A stretch of 64,000 nt of DNA from Candidatus Poribacteria bacterium. Its GTDB lineage: Bacteria; Poribacteria; WGA-4E; PCPOR2b. The notes beneath the pieces are model-generated. The model made no database searches. It saw only the letters and a list, made by a program, of their open reading frames with translations, and had not been told where the DNA came from. The translations under genes were made by a program, and so were the position numbers. The stretch covers positions 1,032,059 to 1,096,058 of the forward strand of contig OY762266.1 in NCBI GenBank assembly GCA_963665285.1, given 5' to 3'. Below are positions 8,560 to 17,775 of this stretch, piece by piece (position 1 is the first letter of the stretch; each line of letters opens with the position of its first letter).

Positions 8560-9975
8560 TTTACCAATCTTGCGTGCAATGCCCCATCCCTTTAGGGTGG
8601 GGCTGTAGCCCGCCCAAGTGCGTTGTTAGTCAAAAAACGGTTGAAATTGCAGGAAAAGATGCTACAGTTACCTTGGCTTTCGTGAGAGGGCGCAACTTCC
8701 CTGCTTAGTGGTGTCTCTCACCTCCAATTGCGTGGACATGAACTCCAGATAGCCGAGTCCCTATGAAAACCTACAAGTTCAAAATGTATAGCAACCACAA
8801 TAATCGTGAGTTGCAAAAAACGATTGACAGCCATGCTCACGTGTGGAATCACTTTGTGGCGTTGTGTCGCCGATACTATGCTATCTACGGGACATATCCG
8901 GGTAAGAAAGCACTGATGCGCCACTTAACCAAGTTGAAGCGGCTTCCCCGCTTTGCCCATTGGAATCAGTTGCCGAGTCAATCGTTGCAAGACGTGATAG
9001 ACCGACTTGATAAAGCGTACTCTAAACTGTTTACTGACAGCAAAAGCGGCAAACGTTCGGGTCGTCCCCGTTTCAAGAGACGTAAACTATACAAGTCCTA
9101 CACGCTCAAGCAAGCCGGTTGGAAACTGCTACAAGACAACTATATCCGTATCGGCAAACGGATATACCGGTATTTCAAAAGTCGGGAAGTCTTAGGCACG
9201 CCGAGACGCTGCACGATTAAGCGCGACAGCGTAGGAGACGTATGGCTAATCATTCTGACAGACCATGTAGATACCGATTTAGAGTCGCCCACGACGGGTA
9301 ATAACGCGGGGTTTGACTTTGGACTAAAGAGGTATCTCACCGGGTCTGACTTCAATGACTACGACTCTCCACAATTCTTCAAGCGCGGTCTCAACGCTAT
9401 CAAACGCGCAAACCGCAACCACTCACGAAAGGTTAAAGGTTCAAACAACCGTGAACGTGCGAGACTCAATGTTGCAAGGAAACACCGGCGTATTGCCAAT
9501 CAAAGAGCCGACTTCCATTGGCAGCTAGCGCATGAGCTAACAGACCGGTATGATTGGATTTCACTGGAGACCCTCAACATTAAGGGCCTGAAGTCCCTTT
9601 GGGGTCGTAAGGTCTCTGATTTGGGGTTCTATGACTTCGTACAGAAACTGAAGTATATTGACTCTAAGAAACAGCATCGTGAAGTCCGATTCATTGATAA
9701 GTGGTATCCATCAAGCCGAACCTGTCACGGCTGCGGCATAGTTAATCAAGACCTGAACCTTCGTGATAGAACATGGCAGTGTCCAAGCTGCCACACACAG
9801 TTGGATAGAGACCGCAATGCGGCACTCAATATCCATAGGGTGGGGGCATCCACCCTCTCAGAAGAGGTCGTAAGTCCCAGTTCACCGGGCTAACTTCGTT
9901 GATAGAGCAATTCGACGCCTTAAAGGGAACGGGTGAGAATACCCACCCTTTAGGGTGTGGGAGTATGTCAATCCC
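8560..9975 (+). mobile_element. IS200/IS605-family insertion sequence of the tnpB-only (IS1341-like) type; boundaries approximate
   Basis: TnpB ORF flanked by similar subterminal hairpins sharing the core CCCTTTAGGG (8581-8603 and 9943-9961); no tnpA present. Confidence 0.5.
8763..9893 (+). CDS. tnpB: TnpB (IS605 OrfB family RNA-guided endonuclease-like protein)
   Basis: C-terminal RuvC-II (SLETLNIKG), zinc finger CHGCG...CPSCH and RuvC-III DRDRNAALNI motifs; 376 aa. Confidence 0.9.
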   Translation: MKTYKFKMYSNHNNRELQKTIDSHAHVWNHFVALCRRYYAIYGTYPGKKALMRHLTKLKRLPRFAHWNQLPSQSLQDVIDRLDKAYSKLFTDSKSGKRSGRPRFKRRKLYKSYTLKQAGWKLLQDNYIRIGKRIYRYFKSREVLGTPRRCTIKRDSVGDVWLIILTDHVDTDLESPTTGNNAGFDFGLKRYLTGSDFNDYDSPQFFKRGLNAIKRANRNHSRKVKGSNNRERARLNVARKHRRIANQRADFHWQLAHELTDRYDWISLETLNIKGLKSLWGRKVSDLGFYDFVQKLKYIDSKKQHREVRFIDKWYPSSRTCHGCGIVNQDLNLRDRTWQCPSCHTQLDRDRNAALNIHRVGASTLSEEVVSPSSPG

Positions 9976-10792
9976 ACCGTGCCCAGACGTTCGGGGTGAC
10001 CTGCCCCTCGTCAATGTACGGATCTTCACCAGCGACAGTGATAATACCGCGGTAATTTCGCTGCCCCTTCCAACCCAACCACGATGCTGTTGAACAATAG
10101 TGGCTCACAAAGATACGCCGAAATGTGTCGCTTCGGTTCTTTTTGGAACGGTGTAAGAGGTAACCGTTGAAAAAGAGGACACTGCCAGCTGACATCTCGA
10201 TCGGAATCTCGGCAGTGTCATCAAAACCCACAGCTTCTTGGCAGCTGTCGAATTCATCGCGTTTGTCGTGCGGCACACGATCGTAAATTACACCGGAACG
10301 ATGGCTATTTGGCAGAACCCAAAGGCAGCCGTTCTCAATTGTGGCATCATCTAATGTAATCCACACGCCAATCAGCGATCTATCCCGTGTCGGAATCGGA
10401 TGTTCGTCTTGGTGCCAAGGGTTACCGGTATGCCCAGGGACTTTGCTCAACATCATTGACTGCATGCACTTCACCCCACCGTCCCAAAATGGGATATGCG
10501 CCCCAACAATGTCTCGGAGTACTTCACAGATTCCTGGATGCTCAATGTAACGCCGAACCAAAGGGCTAAAGACATGCGGTTCGCCGACACACATGATTCT
10601 ATCTAATACTTCTGTCTCGCTTGCTGTTCCCGGCATCGGCGGGATCGCCTCACACGGATAATCCCCCCGAAAAATCTTCAGCATCTCTGTTTTCAAATCG
10701 TTGCATTCTTCCGGTGTAATGAGATCCGGAAGCATTAAATATCCGTCGTTGATATAGGATTTTGCCCAAAGATTAGAATGCCCTTGTTCCAT
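9968..10792 (-). CDS. Phytanoyl-CoA dioxygenase (PhyH) family Fe(II)/2-oxoglutarate oxygenase
   Basis: Motifs WHQDEH, LWVLPNSHR and LLHRS characteristic of the PhyH family. Confidence 0.85.
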   Translation of the reverse strand: MEQGHSNLWAKSYINDGYLMLPDLITPEECNDLKTEMLKIFRGDYPCEAIPPMPGTASETEVLDRIMCVGEPHVFSPLVRRYIEHPGICEVLRDIVGAHIPFWDGGVKCMQSMMLSKVPGHTGNPWHQDEHPIPTRDRSLIGVWITLDDATIENGCLWVLPNSHRSGVIYDRVPHDKRDEFDSCQEAVGFDDTAEIPIEMSAGSVLFFNGYLLHRSKKNRSDTFRRIFVSHYCSTASWLGWKGQRNYRGIITVAGEDPYIDEGQVTPNVWARWD

Positions 10793-11148
10793 TTTCAGAT
10801 CCTTTATGATGGCGGTTTCACACCGCTCATTATTCCGCTCGAATAATCCGCCACATTTCCAGTAGAATTTTACGCTATTAGAGCTAAAAAAGTCAAAACG
10901 AAATAATCTTGTTTGACAGATTCTACACAGAAAACATCTATCTTCAAAAAAACCAGAAAAACTCCGAACATTCTTTAATCTGAACTGCCTATAAACTAAA
11001 GAAAGGTACGCTGCCTAATCAAAAATGAGCAGCATACCTTCGGAAAACAACTCATAAAACCGTTTGAACTATTTCCATCCTAATTGCTAAGTGACACAAG
11101 CCAGTCGAGAATATTCAAATTTGTTAATCAGAAAGGAGATTCAGATCT

Positions 11149-12477
11149 ATGAAACGTTTCACATCGGTTCTAACCATTACCATCCTTTTCTTAGTGACGG
11201 GACTCTGTTTTGGCCACGGCGACCGGGAAGTCGCGGAAGACCAAGAGACAGTCAAATCCACAGGATTCTGGATTTACAACGATCTCAATCAAGGTTTCGC
11301 CGAAGCCCAAAAGACAGGTAAACCGTTACTCGTTGTCTTCCGCTGAGTGCCGTGAGTGAGCTGCAAAGGCTTCGACGAACAGGTTGTTCGTCACGATAAA
11401 AGAATTAGCGAATTGATGGAACAGTTCGTCCGTGTCCGAATTATTCAGGGCAATGGGATGGATTTATCGCTCTTCCAATTTGATTATGACCTAACATTCG
11501 CTGCGTTCTTCCTTAATGCCGACAGGACCATCTACGGACGCTTCGGCACACGGTCAAACTTTGAAAATGCGGCGAAAGACATCTCCCTCCAAGGATTCAG
11601 GAAAGCCCTCGAAGGCGCCCTCGAACTCCACAGAGATTACCCTGCAAACAAGGAATTGCTAGCAGGCAAAACCGGACCGGAACCACAGAAAAAAGTACCA
11701 GAAGCCTATCCGGCACTGCTGCGATATACCGCTCAACTAAATTTCAACGACCGTATAAATGCGCAGTGCATCCACTGCCATCAGGTCGGGCAAGCACAGC
11801 GAGAGGTCTACTGGTACGAACGGAAGCCGGTTCCCGATCACGTGCTGTATCCATTTCCACTGCCAAGCGTTTTGGGATTGACGTTTTCGCCCAATCATCC
11901 GGCGAAGATTCGCAACATCGCCCCTGGCTCATCGGCAGAGAAGGACGGTTTTCGTAGTGCCGATGAACTCCTGACCCTTAATGGCCAACCAATCCTCTCC
12001 ATTGCAGACATACAGTGGATTCTACACCGCGCCCCCTCGACAGGTTCACTGCCCGCGAAAATTAACCGACGTGGACAAGAGATCGATTTGAGAATCACAC
12101 TCAACGACGGATGGCGGCAGGGAAGCGATATCTCTTGGCGCACGACGACACAAGAGTTGCGCCTCGTCGCCCTCGGCGGCATGACCCTGCAGAATCTTTC
12201 TGAGGTTGACCGTCAGCGTAGAGGGATTAGTGAAACAGAGATGGGGCTGAGAGTTGGGAGTATCAATCGTGCTGGACGGCGCGGTGGACAGACCAATGCA
12301 GCCAAAGCAGGGATTCAACGGGGTGATGTCATTGTCGCATTCGGCGATCGAACGCAACGGCTAACGGAAAGTGGCATTATCGGTTATGTGCTTCAGGTAC
12401 GTCCGGAAGCGAAGGCACTGCCTATAGTCGTTTTGCGAGATGGCAAACAGATGGAGTTCCAACTGTCGTTGGAATAG
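11149..12477 (+). CDS. Periplasmic thioredoxin-like (Thioredoxin_7/DsbD-gamma-like) plus PDZ protein with two in-frame TGA codons (11344-11346, 11353-11355); candidate selenoprotein
   Basis: Signal peptide; GKPLLVVFR-TGA-VP-TGA-VSCK aligns with GKPVLVDFxAxWCxxCK of thioredoxin-like proteins, so the second TGA sits at the first Cys of the CxxC motif. The reading frame continues without any other interruption into a 373-aa ORF with a C-terminal PDZ domain. Confidence 0.5.
11374..11392 (+). promoter_or_regulatory. Hairpin GACGAAC-AGGTT-GTTCGTC 18 nt downstream of the second in-frame TGA; candidate bacterial SECIS element
   Basis: 7-bp perfect stem with a G-containing apical loop, at the distance range expected for bSECIS. 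Confidence 0.3.
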
Positions 12478-12549
12478 CTCATACCATAATTCGCCCTCGG
12501 ATAAAAAGATGCGGATAAGTTGCTAATAGCTCAAATCGAACACATAAAC

Positions 12550-12617
12550 TGCGTAATGAGTAATACGTCATACCTAAAGGACAGTCTTGCACATTACTCA
12601 TTGCGTATTATTTTTTT
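12550..12617 (+). terminator. Rho-independent terminator-like hairpin (about 15-bp stem, 26-nt loop) followed by TTATTTTTTT
   Basis: The inverted repeats AATGAGTAAT and ATTACTCATT, with extending pairs, lie between the thioredoxin/PDZ gene and the O-methyltransferase gene. Confidence 0.45.
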
Positions 12618-12637
12618 AGGTAAAACAGGAGAGATTT

Positions 12638-13318
12638 ATGGAACGTTTAGACGTGCTTCATCCATCAATTGACGAATACCTACTTGATGTTATTCCAGCG
12701 CGCGACGAGGTACTAACAGAGATGGAGGCATACGCACGGGAACGTCGTTTCCCGATTGTGGGCCCGCTCGTTGGTCGTGTGTTACACCAACTGGTACTGC
12801 TGACGAACCCAACGAGGATTTTCGAGATGGGATCCGGCTTTGGCTACTCGGCATATTGGATGGCAAAGGCGTTGCGTCAGCCGGAAGCGCGCATTATCTG
12901 CACCGACGGCTCGCAGGAGAACGCTGATCGTGCGGCGGGTTATCTTGGGCGAGGCGGAATTGCAAATCGTATCGACTATCGTGTGGGGAACGCACTCGAA
13001 ATCATCGAAGAAACCGAAGGGGAATTTGACATCATCTACAATGACATTGACAAAGATGGCTATCCCGACGCGTTTCGCAAGGCGATTCCACGGCTCAGGA
13101 GTGGTGGACTGTTTATCACGGACAACATGCTATGGCTGGGGCGTGTAGTCACATACGATACCGATGCTGACGTGCAAGAACTTGATGAAGAAGAGCAATG
13201 GGTGCACAATACCACAGTCGGGGTCAAAGAGTTGACATGGCTGCTTTACAGTTCCCCCGATGTGTTCACGACAATCATCCCGCTTCGTGATGGGGTATCA
13301 GTTGCAATAAAACGTTAA
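12638..13318 (+). CDS. Class I SAM-dependent O-methyltransferase (caffeoyl-CoA OMT-like)
   Basis: Motifs FEMGSGFGYS and D..Y.D.DK typical of the O-methyltransferase family 3 fold. Confidence 0.8.
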   Translation: MERLDVLHPSIDEYLLDVIPARDEVLTEMEAYARERRFPIVGPLVGRVLHQLVLLTNPTRIFEMGSGFGYSAYWMAKALRQPEARIICTDGSQENADRAAGYLGRGGIANRIDYRVGNALEIIEETEGEFDIIYNDIDKDGYPDAFRKAIPRLRSGGLFITDNMLWLGRVVTYDTDADVQELDEEEQWVHNTTVGVKELTWLLYSSPDVFTTIIPLRDGVSVAIKR

Positions 13319-13320
13319 TC

Positions 13321-13914
13321 CTACTTCGATGCCAGATGATACACTTCGATTTCGCGGACTTGAGCCCATGCTGGCTGAATAACACGGAAGTGAGGATAAT
13401 ACGCGCCGGCAAGTGTGGTCCTTCGATCTACAACCTTGTCGCCGGGCGATAACATAACCTTTGTAACAACGTTATCATCGACTGTACGGGAAACATTGAT
13501 GCGGATAGTGTTTGTCCGACAGTTTAACCGATCAATAACAATTTCTGACTGTGCACGCCCTTCACCAATATCCCGCAGCTGACGCACAGAGTGGACCGTC
13601 TTCCACTCAAACTTATCAAGATCCCAATAGTCGACATGAAACCAGAACAGATTGACGTTATGAACGATAATCTTCCGAACCTGTTTAACCTCCGGGAACC
13701 GTAACGTAAAGATCCGTTCATTTTTCGCGGCCACAGCCGCAACCGTATCTAATCGCCCATCATTGAGTGCTGGATGGTTCGCCTCTGACCCATAGCTCGC
13801 CAGCGCAAAGTTCTCACTCCATGAATTGGCTAATAGAGAGGACCATACACAACCGGACAAGCCAACACAAGCAAATAACAACAAGAAAATCCCAAACTGC
13901 TTTAGAGCGTTCAT
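13321..13914 (-). CDS. Hypothetical lipoprotein
   Basis: Signal peptide with lipobox LSGC; no confident family assignment. Confidence 0.5.
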   Translation of the reverse strand: MNALKQFGIFLLLFACVGLSGCVWSSLLANSWSENFALASYGSEANHPALNDGRLDTVAAVAAKNERIFTLRFPEVKQVRKIIVHNVNLFWFHVDYWDLDKFEWKTVHSVRQLRDIGEGRAQSEIVIDRLNCRTNTIRINVSRTVDDNVVTKVMLSPGDKVVDRRTTLAGAYYPHFRVIQPAWAQVREIEVYHLASK

Positions 13915-14023
13915 CTTTTTACCTCGCAATCTCATTTTACATCACCTCATCCTTAGCTGCAGCCCGTCGCTGTAGGCGGGACAGGATGTCCCGCCGCGTC
14001 AGACAACTTTCTCAAACAAAACA

Positions 14024-14800
14024 CTAGTATCGAACATAAGGACGAATGTAAGACGCTTCATGTTTAGAACGAAACCAAGTTCGTTGGAATTTTCCGATTA
14101 GAAACATTCCCACCCCAAACCCACCGACATGCGCCACCCAAGCGATAGACGCGCCTTGGAACGAAAAATAGACATTAACTAGTTGGATAGCGATCCAAGG
14201 TAACAGCAGAACAATTGCGGGCACGGAGATAATATAGATAAAGAGAAGGCATCGAACACGCGCCTTGGGACAGGCGATAAAGTGCGCTCCCAATACGCCG
14301 GCGATTGCGCCACTCGCGCCAATCAGGGGCAAATTAGAATTGTAGTAAATCATCACGTAACAGAGCGTCGCCAACACACCGCACAACAGATAGAACAGGA
14401 AAAATTTCAGACTCCCAATCATACTTTCAAGGGTGGGACCAAAAGCCGAGAGATACAGCATGTTACCAATAATGTGGATAAATCCCCCCTGCAAAATGTG
14501 GACATCGTGCAAAAATAGTGAAGTGAGAAGCGTCTTATCAAAAAGGTTTGGAAGCGGTGGGAGGAACGAATGGCGATGCATAATCTGGTTGGGAATTGCG
14601 CCAGATACTTCTGCCAACGACACCCCTTGATAGAGTGCGTAAAGCTGATATACAAAGACCAAGAAATTTGTAACGATTAAAAATTGGACCGCGCGGGGCT
14701 TAAAAGACTTCTGCGTCGATGATGTGCTCGGCAGTGGGATAAACAAAGTGTCGTGTCCTTTCGACAAGTGAGCAGATAGACAAATCTGCGATAACGTCAC
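14024..14800 (-). CDS. Rhomboid family intramembrane serine protease
   Basis: GASGAIAG (catalytic Ser) and AHVGGFGVG (catalytic His) in a polytopic membrane protein. Confidence 0.8.
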   Translation of the reverse strand: MTLSQICLSAHLSKGHDTLFIPLPSTSSTQKSFKPRAVQFLIVTNFLVFVYQLYALYQGVSLAEVSGAIPNQIMHRHSFLPPLPNLFDKTLLTSLFLHDVHILQGGFIHIIGNMLYLSAFGPTLESMIGSLKFFLFYLLCGVLATLCYVMIYYNSNLPLIGASGAIAGVLGAHFIACPKARVRCLLFIYIISVPAIVLLLPWIAIQLVNVYFSFQGASIAWVAHVGGFGVGMFLIGKFQRTWFRSKHEASYIRPYVRY

Positions 14801-14838
14801 ACATTAACTACGACACATGACACTTTACGTTTCACGTT

Positions 14839-15117
14839 TCACGCCTCGCTCGACACATCAAACCGATCAATGATTCCCATCACCAACTCCCTTATAGGAG
14901 CGGTTTCGATCTCAAAGACCTCTTGGGCAACCCCCGGCCCCGCCCCAACCAGCACGATATCGTTCTCTCCCGCCCCAACATAGTCAACGGCAATCGTCGG
15001 TGTTCGTACCAACTGGGATTTCAAACTCAACGGTTGAACAAGCAGAAGGGTTCGATTGTCATAAGCAGGGTGCTTAATGACCGAAACCACTTTACCAATG
15101 ACCTTTGCGATGTACAT
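14839..15117 (-). CDS. EutN/CcmL-family bacterial microcompartment vertex (BMC-P) protein, paralog 2
   Basis: MYIAKVIGKVVS...LLLVQP N-terminus typical of EutN/CcmL/PduN; its ATG overlaps the upstream stop by 1 nt (TGATG) and a GGAGGAG RBS lies inside the end of the upstream gene. Confidence 0.7.
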   Translation of the reverse strand: MYIAKVIGKVVSVIKHPAYDNRTLLLVQPLSLKSQLVRTPTIAVDYVGAGENDIVLVGAGPGVAQEVFEIETAPIRELVMGIIDRFDVSSEA

Positions 15118-15401
15118 CACTCCTCCGCTTCTTCGGTTACAGTAATTGAATCAACAATTCCAACCACAGCGACATCGACAGGCATTGCACGCTCTGCTGA
15201 TACAAATGCGGCATCTCCACCGGTGACGATATAGATCAGTTCTCCATACCCAGCGGCACCTTGTATATCCACAGCGGTGACAGGATCGCCAACAGATTCC
15301 CCTTCCGCATCAAGGGGTTGTACGACCAACAGACGATAGCCAACTAAACTCGGATCTTTTCGAGTTGCAACAATGGTCCCGATGACCTTTCCAATATCCA
15401 T
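15117..15401 (-). CDS. EutN/CcmL-family bacterial microcompartment vertex (BMC-P) protein, paralog 1
   Basis: MDIGKVIGTIVATRKDPSLVGYRLLVVQPLDAEGE... is a strong match to the EutN_CcmL consensus. Confidence 0.75.
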   Translation of the reverse strand: MDIGKVIGTIVATRKDPSLVGYRLLVVQPLDAEGESVGDPVTAVDIQGAAGYGELIYIVTGGDAAFVSAERAMPVDVAVVGIVDSITVTEEAEE

Positions 15402-15415
15402 AGACCTACGCTCAC

Positions 15416-16870
15416 CTAACCCCTTTGAATCCCATACTCCTCCATCTTAGAATGGAGTGTATTCCGATTAATACCGAGGATCTCAGCGGCTTTCCTGCGA
15501 TTCCAGCCGGTACGCTGGAGAATAAACTCAAAGAGCGGTTTTTCAACAGCAATGCGAATATCTGCGTGAAGTGATCCAGAGGTTGCCCCTGATTCGACAA
15601 ATTCATCCACACGCTCCGACATAAGCGAAGCAAGCCGACTCTCAAAACCTGTCGGTGCTTTTGTAATGGGCGACACCGGGTTTCCAGATAGTTCAGGGAA
15701 ATGTTCCGGAAGGAGTACCTGACCGGCACACATTACGAGCGCACGCTTCAAGCTATTTTCAAGTTCACGGACGTTTCCGGGCCAATCATAAATCGTCAGC
15801 AGCTTGAACGCTTCCGGCGAAATTGCGCCTTGCGGTTCGCCATAATCCTGAGCATACCGGGACATAAAAAAATTGACTAGATCAGGAATATCCTCTTTTC
15901 GCTCACGTAACGGAGGCAAAGAGATTGGCACCACATTTAGCCGATAAAACAGATCTTCCCGAAACGCCCCCTCCTGAATTGCCAGATCAAGACGCCGATT
16001 CGTGGCGGCAACCACGTGCACATCAACCTTCCGAATCTCATTTGATCCAATCGGTTCAACCTCCCGCTCTTGGAGAACACGCAACAGTTTCATCTGCACT
16101 TCTATCGGCAATTCACCAACTTCATCCAGAAAAATCGTCCCCCGATCTGCCTGTTCAAATTTCCCTTGACGCGCCGTGTCGGCACCCGTATAGGCCCCTT
16201 TAACATGCCCAAAGAGTGCACTTTCAATCAAGTCCGAGGGAATCGCACTACAATCTACCACCACAAACGCTTCATCCGCCCGTTTACTATTTTGGTGAAT
16301 CGCTTTGGCGATTGATTCCTTACCTGTACCACTCTCGCCCATAATTAGAACGGTTTCGTCGCTGATTGCCGCCCGTCCAATGGTCAGGTAGATCACGTGC
16401 ATCGCATCGCTCTCACCAACAATCTGAGTGCCCACATCTTCCCCGTTTTGTGGTGCAACGCTATCGTCTGGTAGCGAATCCTCCGCCATCACGGTTTTCA
16501 TTTGATCAGCAGCATATACCGCACGAGATACCAAAGGCATAATCTCTTGGAGATCGAAAGGCTTGGTCACATAGTCATAAGCGTGCCGCTTTGCAGCTTC
16601 AATCGCGGTTTGCGTTGTACCGTGAGCGGTGATAACAATAATTGATGCAGCTTTATTGATCTCCTGCAGCTCTTCAATTAACTCTAACCCGTTGACATCA
16701 GGCATAAAAATGTCGAGGAAAATCGTGTCGATCGCTTCTGAGCGGAGGAGATCAATCGTTTCTTTCCCGTTTCGTGCAGAAAATGTGTGATACCCCTCGT
16801 TCTGAAGGGCTTTCTCCAACACAAAGCGGATGCTATCGTCGTCGTCAGCGATGAGAATTGTGTGTGTCAT
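15416..16870 (-). CDS. Sigma-54-dependent response regulator (NtrC family: REC, AAA+ sigma54 activator, Fis-type HTH)
   Basis: Receiver domain ADDDDSIRF...; Walker A GESGTGKE; GAFTGA-like GHVKGAYTGA; C-terminal HTH. Confidence 0.9.
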   Translation of the reverse strand: MTHTILIADDDDSIRFVLEKALQNEGYHTFSARNGKETIDLLRSEAIDTIFLDIFMPDVNGLELIEELQEINKAASIIVITAHGTTQTAIEAAKRHAYDYVTKPFDLQEIMPLVSRAVYAADQMKTVMAEDSLPDDSVAPQNGEDVGTQIVGESDAMHVIYLTIGRAAISDETVLIMGESGTGKESIAKAIHQNSKRADEAFVVVDCSAIPSDLIESALFGHVKGAYTGADTARQGKFEQADRGTIFLDEVGELPIEVQMKLLRVLQEREVEPIGSNEIRKVDVHVVAATNRRLDLAIQEGAFREDLFYRLNVVPISLPPLRERKEDIPDLVNFFMSRYAQDYGEPQGAISPEAFKLLTIYDWPGNVRELENSLKRALVMCAGQVLLPEHFPELSGNPVSPITKAPTGFESRLASLMSERVDEFVESGATSGSLHADIRIAVEKPLFEFILQRTGWNRRKAAEILGINRNTLHSKMEEYGIQRG

Positions 16871-16941
16871 AGAGACCTAATGATAGTTGTTTAAACCGAG
16901 ACCGGCAGCTGCAAAAACACCATTAACCCTAAGTAGGGTGT

Positions 16942-17766
16942 CTAAATTATAATATCTAAGCTGTGGGTGTAGAGTTCGATGTCCAACCGTGCCGCCAATC
17001 CAACAGCGTTGGGATCAACAAACGGAGATATGAAGAATTTTCGATTTACGGCTACATTTTCCGTCTGCTCAAAGAATGCTACTTTTCTTTGAAAAAGGGA
17101 AAGGTCACTGCGGCTGACTGATGACTTAATTTCAATTGCAATCACTGAAGCGTTCCGGATGATTACATCCATCTCTATCTGTTCCGGATGTCCGAAAACC
17201 GATCCGGAATCGTCATAACCCTCGTACCGTTCCACCCGGAAACCGAGTTCATCCGTCAAAATTGCAGCAAGCCCATTGCGGAATGCCTCTTCAGACTGCA
17301 ATCCCCATCGCGCGCCAAGCCCTTGAATAGTATGGTTGAATCGCCTTATGGCATCATTTGTATATGCACGTGACGCGCTGGACTCTTCGCGTAGGGCCTT
17401 TATCTCCTGCCGGAATTCAACCCACCGCTGCTCGGACTCCTCACGTAGCCGATTGGACTCCTCGCGTAGGATTTGCATCTCCTGCCGGAACTCAACCCAC
17501 CGCTGCTCGGACTCCTCACGTAGGACTTGCATCTCCTGCCGGAACTCAACCCGCTGTCGTTCAGATTCCTCACGCATCTGCTTGAGCTCATTCAAAATCG
17601 CTGTTATATCTTCTTTTTTGGCAAAAGTCTCCGACATAACACCAATCAACTCATAACGAATCTCTGCATTTTGGGTTATTAGGCGCGGAAATTCATTAGC
17701 GATTAATTCGCGAATTTCTTCTTCAGTTAATGATATGTTTCTTTCATCCGTCATATCTGTACTCAC
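16942..17766 (-). CDS. DUF3782-family protein: coiled-coil with three ~20-aa tandem repeats (SEQRWVEFRQEMQ) and a C-terminal nuclease-like domain
   Basis: The repeat architecture and LGARWGLQSEEAFRNGLAAIL segment resemble DUF3782 proteins; D...EMDVIIRN...AIEIK suggests a PD-(D/E)XK-like fold. Confidence 0.55.
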   Translation of the reverse strand: MSTDMTDERNISLTEEEIRELIANEFPRLITQNAEIRYELIGVMSETFAKKEDITAILNELKQMREESERQRVEFRQEMQVLREESEQRWVEFRQEMQILREESNRLREESEQRWVEFRQEIKALREESSASRAYTNDAIRRFNHTIQGLGARWGLQSEEAFRNGLAAILTDELGFRVERYEGYDDSGSVFGHPEQIEMDVIIRNASVIAIEIKSSVSRSDLSLFQRKVAFFEQTENVAVNRKFFISPFVDPNAVGLAARLDIELYTHSLDIII

Positions 17767-17775
17767 TGAATTTGC

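Noticed and set aside
11344-11355. Possibility that TGA is a sense codon genome-wide (genetic code 4 or 25)
   Set aside because: TGA clearly terminates neighbouring well-supported genes (for example at 1476-1478, 2990-2992 and 15117-15119). The in-frame TGAs are therefore gene-specific.
16871-16941. TGGTGTTTTTGCA resembling a sigma54 -24/-12 promoter upstream of the NtrC-like gene
   Set aside because: The GG to GC spacing is 9 nt rather than the required 12, so it is not a convincing sigma54 promoter.
17336-17656. Regular ~60-bp DNA repeats that could be mistaken for a CRISPR array
   Set aside because: They are in-frame coding repeats of the DUF3782 coiled-coil (SEQRWVEFRQEMQ units) and are not separated by unique spacers. 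No CRISPR array or cas genes are seen anywhere in the window.
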